DNA of 64,000 nucleotides from a virus: IMG/VR virus record IMGVR_UViG_3300044591_001745, positions 21,201 to 85,200 of that record; one strand, 5' to 3'. Shown piece by piece: positions 11,022 to 23,000 of this stretch (position 1 is its first letter; each line of letters starts with the position of its first letter). The notes under the pieces were generated by a model. It saw only the letters and a program-made list of their open reading frames with translations, ran no database searches and was not told where the DNA came from. The position numbers and the translations under genes were made by a program.

Positions 11022-14000
11022 TCATTTTGGTTTAAAGTTGAAACTACCTTCTGACTGCTTATTCATATTCTCAAAGGCTCTATCTACTTCACCTCTAACA
11101 AGCTCCTTAACTTTTTCTTCCATATTATTGAAAGTAGCGGTTCCATTAATATTCACGTTTACCTCATGTTTTCCTGTAATGTTAATAATTGGTGGAACAT
11201 TAAGCTTGGATAAAGTTTCCGCAAATTGAGTGAACTTGGTGGTAAAATCTCCTAAAGCTGTTAAGGCGGTTTCATCCAGTGTAATATTGCCAATATTTAA
11301 TCCACCTAGAGCTTCTCCAAAAGCAGTAACGCTAGTTTCAAACTGTTTAATAGCGGTCAATGTAGCGCTATCAAAGCCCATACTATATGAACTAGATACA
11401 CCGCCAGAGGATCCACCACCTTTATTTTCTCCACCACCACTAAAATACTTGGGATTAATTACTCCTCCGCGACTAGCATAACTAACAATCTGACCAGTGG
11501 TATTATTTCCATTATTAATGGCTTCTAAAATTGGCAAGTATCTTTGAGTGGAGTCTCTATTGATAACAAATTCGCCGGGGGTTAACATGGCTGGAACAGT
11601 ATCTGTTCCTTTAGGAGACCAATTTACAGGAGCAGCGCCTCCATCAGCACGATAAATAAGCCCTCCCTTGGCTTTATTGACTGCATTTCTTGTTTCTTCT
11701 TCTGTGCGTGGAGCTTCTGATGGAGGTACCTCAGCTTGATTAGGAGCATTTTTTGCTGCCTGATTAGCTACGTCTTCTGCGGTTTGCGGTTTAGGCTGAG
11801 ACGCAGCCTGAGCTTCTTTTTCTTGAACAGCCTTTTCTCTCAATAATGCCTCAACAGTATTTGTAGTGCCAGCTTTTCTATTCTTATTATAATAAAATCC
11901 ATACAAAGTGGGTTGTGCATATGGCATAAGATTTTCATCGTATATTTCCTGTAATCCAACCATTCCTGGACCACCTTCGCCATCGACAGTTAGGCCAGAG
12001 AAATTAGTAAATGCTTTATTAGCTGGCTCATAATTCATCTTCATTTTATTCCATAATTCATTACCTTTCTCAGTAAATACTCTTGGTAATGCATCAGGAG
12101 ATAAATTATTATCGTAAAAATCTAAAACTTGTTGTGCGGTAGCTTTCATCTGATCGCGTTTTTCAAAATCTTCTGGTGCTGTCGGAGATACGCTACCAAC
12201 AAATTGATTAACAAGGCCAACGAAAGCATTTTTATCTTTTAATGCCCCTATAAATGTTTCAGCATTAACGTCTGTCGGTGGAGTGATTTTTGCTTGGGTA
12301 GCCATAGCCGTTAAGGAAGAGATCAAACCATTCACTGATGGAACTACAGCAGGTTCAAATAGCTGCTCTCCTTCGCCAGCAACTGGACGCATCAAAAGAT
12401 CATCTCTATCCGTTAAGAAATCTCTTAGTGATATTAATTGTGGAGAATATTCTTCCCACAAACCAGCCCACCCAGCTGTTCCCGGATCTTTACTTTGTGT
12501 CCACTTTCTTGCATAAGTATCTGCATTTTTCCATAAAATATTTCCCAAAGTTTCTCTATATTTAGGTTCATAAACTTTACTGTCGTCTAAAAATTGAGTT
12601 AATATATCGTCTATTGTTTCTGGAATCTGTATGTCTTCTGTTCCTGTTGCTGTAGCAACCTTCATCATCATCATGTCAGGATCTGCTGTTTTTCCAGCCA
12701 TAAACTCTGAAGCTTTTTTCTCTGATCCAAAAGCAGCGAAGTTAGATTGTAATAATGCCATTTGTTCAGAGCTTATTTTGGCTAAATTATTGCCTGTCAC
12801 TAATTGTTTAAAGCGTTGTGCTGTGCGTACTTGATTAGCAAATCCTAAGATATAATCAACAAATTTTGGATCCCTAACAACTTCTGGAACATTCCAAAAC
12901 TTTTTAACTAGCTCTTTGCCTGATCTTTGATCTGTTTCTTTTTCTTTGAGTAGATATTTTTCTAGATTACCAGATTTAGAAAATAACGTATAAAGTCTCG
13001 TGCTTGCTTGTCCAATAGATGTTCCTTCTGATATTGGTCGTTCAGCATCAGATGCTAGTTGACTAAAAAATCTGCCAGCGCTCATATATTGACCAAGCGC
13101 TCCTTCAGAAGCTAAAGTCTCAACTTTTTCTCCTTGATTTTTATCGTAAGCTTCCTGTTCCAATTGCAAAGCTTTTCCTTTAACCCATGAGATATAATCA
13201 ACGGCTGCCATTAGATCGTCTTGAGTGCTGATACTTCCCGGAGGAGCTACTCCATCATTAGAAGCAGCCTTAGCCCAATCGGCAGCACTAGATAATGAGC
13301 CCATAGGAATATTAATATTTTTAATCTTGCTCCAAACAGGAGCAGCTAGCATAGGAATTTGTTCAGACTTAAAGTGAATTAAACTGGCTTCTTTTTCCAT
13401 CTGGGCCTGTCTAGTCTTTCTGTCTGTCAAAGCTTTCCTAGCTACAATTCCTTGAACTAGTTCAATAATATTAGGAATTTTAGCTAAAATAGGATTCTTG
13501 GCATCTTCATAAACCGGATTAAGACCCGACAGGAAACTATCGGTATAGAACAAAGCATTTTGTCTTAATAAATATGCAGCAGCACTATCCTCAGCATCTG
13601 ACCCTTGAGCTTGATCTTGTCCAGGCTTGGCTTTTCTGCTGGTTCTAGCACCTCTGACATATTCAGCTGACTGCATAGCAGCCTCTGCCATAATAGGCTG
13701 ATATCCACCAGCTAAAGTCATGCCAAGAATACCCCAATCTGGAATATTAAAATTAGCCAAGGCCCATTCATTGACGGCAGCTTCCATTGCTGCTTCACTG
13801 CTATAATATGGCAATAATTTTTCTGCTCCTGGTCCCATAGATTGAAAAGGATTAATTCCTCCTTCTGCTTTATTGCGACCAATAATGTGGACACCTTTCA
13901 TTGGAGTGTCGGATGGCTCAAAAGGAGGTCCGGGTAAAAATTTAGTTTTGGTTTGACCATCTATATCTACCGTGGCAGGATCTAATAGAGGAATTTGTTC

Positions 14001-17000
14001 GAATGGTCTATATGAAAATTGAACTGGTACAGGAAATTTTGAATTAGGTAAATCTATAAGTTTATCAAATGTTGCCGCTGTCTTGACTTTTAATCCTATT
14101 TGAGAGGCCATTGCAGCTTCTTGTTGTGCTTGAACAGATTTTAGCATATCGTCTGGAACTATATCTATCGTACTCCAAGGAAGCGGATCATATTGATTAG
14201 AAGGTTTGCCTTCTTGATATATCTTAAATCCATTCTCTGCTGTATAGTCCCACATTTTCTTTTGCTCAATAGCATTTTTAATGGCTTCGTTCGTATCTTT
14301 TGCTGCTACAAGACTCTTCCACGATGGCCTCATTGCAGTACCATAAACTGTCAAATTACCTGAACTTTTACCAGTAGCTCCTTCTCCTGGCTTATCTGAT
14401 GATCCAGCAGACGAACTCCAACCAAATGAAGAACGAACACTATCTTTAATTTCTGATTGCTTAAAGTCGTACTTTAGTCTTGTTCCAGATTGTAAGGCTC
14501 CAAGAATCTTAGAATATCTGCCTTCTTTGGCTTTTGACGGGGTTTCTCTTGTCCAATGAGCAGAATTAAAATTATCTGGGGTCGTAGTTTCGGCCTTTAC
14601 TTCCTTAAGACTGTCGTAATAACTTTGCAAAGCATCTTTAACAACGGAAAAATCTTGAACATTAGTGTTTGCAGCAGAGTTATCAATTTTTACTGCTTCA
14701 GCTAAATATTGTTCTGTAATTGCGCTTTTCTTTGGATCATTTTCATCCAGAGTAGGATAGCCATCAGTTCTAAACTGTAATAAACCTCCTGCTGAATTTC
14801 TTTTTGGAAAAGCATCCTTAGGAACTTCTTTTCCTTGACTTAAATAAGCATACATATATTCTTTATCTTTAGACATTGCAGTTGGCCCAAAAGAATAAGT
14901 AGTGTATGCTCCGCTACCTGATGTAGATACTTGGGCTTCTGGTGGGTCGGTTCTTAGCTTCCATTCATCAGCCTTAATAAAAGAATCAACCCATTGTTTT
15001 AGTGCTTTTTCTTGAGCTTTGGCTTCTGTTAAAGATATATGATCTACACTACCTTCTCCATCAATCAATCTTAAGGCAGTATCCTTATCCCTAAACTGCA
15101 TAGGATAAGAAATCCCACTATCTACTGCTAGCTCTTGTAATTTTTGACCTATGCCTTTAACTTCTACGGGAGTAGCTCCATCGTATATAGCCTTGCCGGC
15201 TCCTACTACAGCGCCAGTTGCAGCTAGTCCCGGAACAGCATTTCTTGCTGCCGTCCTAACTCCTTGTTCTAAGGTCTCTCCTCCCATTCTAATCGCTGCT
15301 TTTTCGGATACTCTGGCAGTCATGCCTGTAGCAGCTGATGTTGCTTCAGCAGCAGCTTTAGCAGAAGACATTCCTAGTTTTTTCTTTATGGAGTTGGGAA
15401 TAAATCTCATAAGAACATCTACAGTGTTCCCGTTCAAGAATCCTGCCATCTTATCATATAGACCTGGGGCAAATTTTTGGAAAATACCAGGAATTAATTT
15501 ACCGCCAGCGGATGCTAATCTTTTAAAGCCAGGTACCCATTTTAATGCCCAGCCAAGAGCCTTTGTAACACCCTTTCCTACTACTCCAGCGCCAGGAATA
15601 GGAACTAAATTAAATACAGCGCTCAATCCTTCTAGGGCTGCTCCCAAAATATTTCCTTTAAATAGTTCTCTTACGGCGTCTATTCCGGATACAACAGCAC
15701 CCAAACCAGGAACAAATTTCATAGCCTCCCATATCCATCCTCCAACATTGCCTCCAATTCCCATAGGAGCACCATCAACTTCACCACTATTATTCGCTGC
15801 TGTTGTGGCAACAACCTGTCCTAACCTTCCTGCTGCTGCATTTTTTGCGGCAATACCGGCGGCGGCCCCGAGACCAGCCCCCTCTAATGTTTTATTTACT
15901 ATTTGCCTAGATAGATAAAAATCTGGCAATATTCCCATTTCTGCCTGATTACCCTTCATAGACCCTGTTCCTATAGTTCCAGCACCAAGAGCATTGGCTA
16001 CATCAGCAGAAGAACCATTAAAAGTAGGATATGAATAAGGCTTATAGAATTGCAAGCTACCTTTATCTGCATCTAGCCCAGCAATATTTTTGATAACATC
16101 ATTTCCAGAACCAAATTTAGAAAAATCATTCCATGTTGTATATAGCTCTCCTGGTTTACTATCTGTAAATCTATCTTTTTCTGGTTGAAGCATATCGCTC
16201 ACCCAACCACCCTCTGCTAAATATTTTACGGGTCCTCCTTTTGCGTATCCATTATTAATAGCTGTTAACAATGACTTATTCGACGATGCGGCTTCTTTGT
16301 TTACAACAAATTCTCCTGGCGTTAACATTGCCGGAACTGTGTCTGTTCCTTTTGGTTTGAATATAGATCCGCCAACAGCTTTATATGTAACTGTTCCTCC
16401 TCTAGCGAAAGGCATGGCTTCCCCGCCTCCTGCTGCGACATTAGTTACTTTGGTAACTCCATTTTGTAAATGGGTGTTGAGAGTGTTAATTCCCTGGCTG
16501 ATATCTTTTAGATTAGCATTTGCAGATGCTTGTTGTACGCCATTAAGCGCATTCTGGAAAGCTTGCTGAGAATTAGCTCCTATTTGTTGAGCAAGATTGC
16601 CATCCAACATAGCTAAATGCTCATTAGCTTTAGCTTGTAGTTCTGTTGCTTGTTTGTATTGATTGATGGCTTCTGCCATCTGGGGGTCGCCTTCTGGATT
16701 TCTTAATCCTTCTAATACCTTATTGAACATGGGACTCATTTCTGTCCCTGATTCTCTCATCATAGACTCTAGCATATTGGCTTTCAACTGATTTTGATTT
16801 TCTCCCAACATAGGAGCCAACATCTTAAATGCTTCTAATGTATCGCTTCTGTCTTGTGCAGCAGCAGAATCAGCGGCTTCCTGTGCTTCTTTCATACTGG
16901 CACCGCTTTGTAAAGCCTCGTTATAGGCTTCTTGCACTCTTACGGACTCCCACATATTATTGGTTTGGCCGTTCATGTTGCGTTCTAAACGATCAAAAGC

Positions 17001-20000
17001 ACCGCTTAACTTGGCTTGGTCCTTGGGAGATGAGGACACATATCTTTCTAGTATATTTAGTCCTGCTTCATTCTTAGCTCTTAGTTCTCCAATTTTATTT
17101 AGAGCTGCTTGAGCTACTTCTGTGCTTTCTGATAGTCCTTTAAGAGCAGCATAATTTTCCCTTAAAGACATAGTTGTAGATGCTAACTCTCTGTTAAATG
17201 CTACTATATCCTTTTGATTTCTTGGTCCTCCTTGGGACGCATTGTTCATTGACGCTTGTTGTCCTTGTCTTAATTGTTCTAATCGTCCTATATTATTAAA
17301 TATCGCTTCTGGGTCTGTTGTTCCAGCCTGACTCATAACTCCAGCCCTAGCGTCTCTCTTACTAGCGGTAAAAGATATAGTTTTTCCTAGAGCTTTTGCT
17401 AGATCTGTTTCTCCACGAGCGCGAATATCAGAAGCTCTTCTGAATTTCTCGTTAGAAGAAATCTGAGTATTCACCATTTCATTTGTGGCTTGAGCATAAC
17501 TATTAAGCGACTCTTGGTAAAATTCTAATGCTTTGACTGCTGTTTCTTGTGCTCTCTTAGTGGCTTGAATAGTCTTGCCAAGAGCCGATGACTCATTAAA
17601 CAGCTGCCTAAAGTCTTTTTTATCATCACTGCTGGTTCTTGACGAAGTGACGTCCGCTGCTACTTGACGAGATAAAGTTTGTTTTAGCGCAGCATCAATA
17701 TTTAATTTTCCAAGTTCATCTTCTATATTTTTACCTATACGAGCTTCTATTTTCCCGCTACTAGCTTTTGGATCTTGTTCTATTGTGCTATTAATTGTTG
17801 ATAGTATTGTTTCTTCCAATTTTGGACCAAATTCTAATAAGCCCTTCATATTAGCGGCTTGACCACCAAAAAATTGTGAACCTACATTTGCAGCAGCAGA
17901 TCTATCTGTTTGACTAGAGACATTCGGATTTTGCAGAATATTGAGTGCGTCTATCCTAGCTGCCCCTACCTTAGCATCTCCAGTCATAGATGCTTGCATC
18001 AAATCTGTAGCATCGGCTAATTTGTTTAAAGAATGTGTTACAGAATTAATGCTCTGCTCCATATTACTGAGCATTCTTTCCAAGCCATATAATAAACTAC
18101 TACTTTGTCTGTCTGCCTGTTCACTATTTCGTTGTCTAATAGCTTGAACTTCTTGTTGTCTAACAGCATTAGATGCTGTAAATTGTATTAGTTCTTGTTT
18201 ACGCGCTTCTCTGACTTGTCTAGATACACTCAAATCTGCATCTATCAACCTTAAGCTTTCTTCTACTTTAGCATTAGATCTAGCCAGTACTTCTGCTTGT
18301 TGAGCCCAGCCCGGATCCTTCATTATGTCTGAGGATGTTTCTCCAGCCTTAAATCTAGCGGAGTTTTGCTGTTCTATCATAGAGGCTACTTTTGCAAATT
18401 GCTCCGATGATTTAGCTGCATTTTGTGGTGCTAGTTCTCTGGTATATTGCTCTTGTGTGCGGCCCGTTACATCTAAAAGAGACCCAAAATAAGCCATACT
18501 GCCTTTTTGACTTAATATATCTGCTCTCTGAGATCGTCCTTCTTGGGAACCTCCACCAAGAGCTAGTGTTTCTCCAATTACATTAGATGTACTCCATTGA
18601 GGATTAGTTTTGCTAATATCTGCTAATGTCTTTGCAGCAGATGCGGCTCTACTTATTTCCATTCCAGCCGATTTTAACTGATTGGCATTCTCTACGGTAT
18701 TTTGATTATAAGAAGCCAATGCTTCTGATGCATTCTTCAAACTATTTTCTAGAATCTGTGTAGCTCTTTCTAATTTATTCCTACGCAAAGTATCTGTAAT
18801 TGCTATAAAAGCAGATGCTGCTGCGTTAAATGCTCCGACGACCAAAGCAGCAGGACCGGCCAAAGCAGATAGTGAACCAGTAATGCCACTTATCACTTTA
18901 GGTAGATTGCCCGCTAACTTACCTACCATGCCTCCTCCAGTATCAAGTCCGCCACCTATACGGCCAACAATGTTCTTTAAAAATCCAGGACTCATTCCGT
19001 CTGCAAAAGTAGATACTCTTCTACTGGCATCGATTAATGTTGAGGAGAAATTTGATAATGTTTTGGATGCGTCTTCAGAAGTACCTGCCTTTGCTATGAA
19101 TTCTAATCCTTTATTAAATCCATAGAATAATGCCTGAGTATTTCCTATGCTTGTAGACAATGATGATAGTGTACTACCAACTAAAGTAGTAGAGCCGACA
19201 AATTGACCCAAAGCACTAGTAGCAACAGCAGCCGCGCCACTATACAACAAAGACTGTTTTGTCATATTCTGTATAGCTACTACATTATCTTGTATAGATT
19301 TAGCATAATCAGTATTATCTGGAACAGTGGTCGATCCTCTTGCTGTAGACTGAGCTGCTGTTCTCATTTCTCCAGAGGATAGTACTGCCCCTCCTCTAAC
19401 AGAAGCCATGCGACTCCTAGCCTCATTAATTGCATCAGCCTGATCGGCAGTTGCTGATGTTAGTCTATTCTGAGCAGCAGCTTGCACAGCAGCAAATGCA
19501 GCGGCGTCTGCTCTTGCTTTTGCTTCGCTTGCTGTAGCTCCTGCTAATCTTTGTTCCTGATATGTTTGTAGTTTCGTTGCTTTGGCTGCTTCTTCTAGCT
19601 CCATCATATATCTTTGTATCGCTGCTTCTGCATCTCCAGCAGGAGGACTGCCCGGTGGACCTCCACCAGCAGGAGGACTAGGAGGTGATGGTGGAGAAGT
19701 TGGTGGTCCGCTAGGAGCAGGAGTTGGTGCGGTAGAGGTAGCTGCCGAGCCGATGATATCATCTTTTGTTATACCGCTGGTAATTGCTAAAAATGCATCT
19801 AGAGCAGCTTTATTTTTACCAAGACTTTCTGCCATTGCTTTGGCACCGATATCTACAAGCTCAAATGATGGAATATTGTTTGCCTTGCCTCCTCTTTGAC
19901 CTCCTCCAGTTACCTCATATCCAACCATTCTTTGAACCATTTGCAATACCAATTTAGGATCTTGCATAGGATTACCCAAACGATATTTATCAGAACTCTT

Positions 20001-23000
20001 ATCTGGATTTTCGTTCATATGCAACTGTTTGCCAATATCCCACGTTGCCCAACTTTCGCTTTGACCAGCGATACTAGGAGCTTGTCCAATTCCTGACATA
20101 GCAGTAGAGAACATATCTCTCATTTGAGAAACTAAGGCATCGACTTTGGTATTGTCTTGTTTTGTTAACTCTTCTGCATATTTTTGACCGGAAGGGCTGA
20201 TTGCGGTATCTGTTTGTCCGCTAACATCGCTATAATTCATGCGTTTGCGATAATATTCAGTATCTCTTACTGGTAAAGGCGGCAATGGAGGTGGAGTGAT
20301 AGTAGGAGGAGATACTGATATTGGCTGTGGAGAAGTACCAACAGCAGCTTTCATAGCGTCTGATGCTGATACTGGATTTCCTGCATTTCTGTTGGCTAGT
20401 CTTGCCTGTCTAGCAGTTAATGTGTCCTCTTGCATTCTTTGGAGATCTTGTGAAGAATATCCTTCTGATTTAGCTATAGATTGTTCTTGAGTAGCTACTC
20501 TGGATCTATTAATTTTATCTAATTCTACCACTACTCCTGTAGACATCTGTCTAAAAGCTTCTACTATATCTGGACCCAAAGAATCAGTTTGTTTTCTAAT
20601 GCTTGACATAGACCTTTTGACAGTGCTCATAGCGGCATTCCATGATGATGTGTCTAATAGGACACTAGCATCAGATAATGAACCGATAGTAACACCAAAA
20701 GCATCTTTTAATTCTTGCGGAAATGACGATATGATACTGTCTATTCTATTTTGTATTTGTGCTAATTCTTTAGCATTAATTGCAACAGTTTCTACTCTTT
20801 GTAATTCTCCACCATCAGCAAACTTTTGTATTCCTATAGCCCCGCCCTTATTGAAGCCCAATGCTTCAGTGGCTTTTTTCCTAATAACAAAACTTCCTAC
20901 TGGCAATCCTACTGGACCAAAAGAATCAGTATTTCCACTACCAGGAACTATACCAACGTCTCCACCACCAGCATATCTACCCATGCCATTTTTATCGGCA
21001 TGATTCATACGACGCAACCTACCGTATCCTATTTTCTTAGCTAGTTTTGGACCAATTACAGCTTCTCCGGGAGTCAACAAAGCTGGAACACTACCTCCTT
21101 CGGCAAATCCTCCGGTTTGTAGTCCTTGAGCTTGACGTTGAAAGAATTGCATGGCCATTGTTCTAGAGTCTTGTTTCTGGTTTGCTCTAGTAACAGATTT
21201 GGGATCATTAATTAAAGAGGGACTCTTAGTATATCCGCTTTGTAGTACCCATGCTAAGTCTGTTGGGGGTGGCCAAGTTTCTCTTCTACCATAAAGTTTA
21301 GGATCTATAAGCGCGTTATTTTTTGTCCAATCTTCAGGTTCTAATGGGACTTTTTTAACGTCTGATCTATTTTTGAAATAATATTCCCATACTTTTTTTG
21401 CATCTCCACTAACCATAGCCCTATCTGATGTAAGCATAGCTCCTTGTTCTGTTGCTGCTTCCATAACAGCATCATATAATTTAGGACCACCGCCTCCAGT
21501 AGCTTTAGACAATCCAACAGTATACAGATTGTTTTTGGCTTTTTTAGCCATAACAAATCCCGACACTGTATCATTTTTAACATATCCAGCATTTATTGTA
21601 GATCCATCAGATGTTAGAGATATGCGTGGATATTGTTTTTCTTCTTTACGAGCTGGCTGCTGATTATTTCCATCTCCTAATATTTCTATATTAGATGGCT
21701 TTAATGGTGATTGTCCAACATACTTTAAAACTAAACCGTATGGTTTTTGGAATAGTTTACTCTCGAATTCATTAACTAATGCAGGGTCTCCGGCTGTTAA
21801 TCTCTGCATTAATTTGCCAATAAGTTCGCCCTCTCTAACATTCCCGTCGGTACCACTATAAAGCGTTCTTCTCGCACCGCCTTGAACTGTATATTGTTGC
21901 CCGTCATCTCCGGTAAGCGTTTGTGATCCTTCTTGTACTCTTATGCCAGATGACATAATTCCTTTTTCTAGGTTCTTATCAACTTTACCCAATAGGCTAA
22001 TCGGAGCATCATCTTTCATGGATAGCGTTGGCTGTATTTTATCAAAATTTTCAGTCATCCATTTAATGATTAAAGACTTTTGCAATTCATAGTCTAGATC
22101 ATAATTTTCTGGTGTAAGAGCTTCATTGAATGTTAACACCATCGGTTTCCCTGTTGTGTCCCCAGAAACAACGGTTCCAAAACCGCCGCCAGCAACTCTC
22201 ATTTTGGCTTGAGTAACTGCCCTGTCTTTTTCTGTGTAAACATAAAATCCTGCTCCTTGCCCATAGCCAGTAGCAATATTGCTTAATGCTCCTTTTTCTT
22301 TGAAGCTATTAAGGACACTATCATTAGTTCCGGTATTACTACCATGAAATAAACTAACTATTCCACCACCGGCAAATCTGGCGATATTTGGATTTTCTAA
22401 AAAATATCTTGCAAACTCATTACGTGCTCTTTCAAAAGCACTGCCATCTAATGTTCTCTTTATTTCTGTAGGCAGATCGGGATCTAACCCGAAAAATTGT
22501 GCAGCGCGTCCAAGCCCATTTGGGAAGTCGATAGCTCTATTCGATTCAAGTTGATCGATGGGTGGAAGATTAGCTCCTAAAAGTGCCAGGGCTTTTTCTA
22601 TAACTGCGCCTTCTATATTGCCCTGACCCATTAATTCATCTAATTCTGGTTTGGCTTTCGGCTCAGTATATAAGAATCCTTTCTTTCCACTCTTAGATAC
22701 GGCATTTAAATTATCTAGACTATCATCTATTAATTTTTCTGTTTGCGCTAAATTGGCTGCCTTCGCTGCTGCTATATTGGTAGATGCTCCTGAGCTTACT
22801 CCTGTAATATCTGATTCTTTGTATGGTAGTCCAAAAGTTTGCAAAGTTTTTGCGAGTAAATCGGCAGTTGCTTGTGGTCTTGCGGTCAATATACGAGTTT
22901 GTCTAATAAAATTAGGATCTTCATCTATAAGTGTTTTAAGTTTTGCTCCTAATCTAGTTAATTTAGCTTTTTTAAGAGCTTCTGCTACAGCATCCCTATT

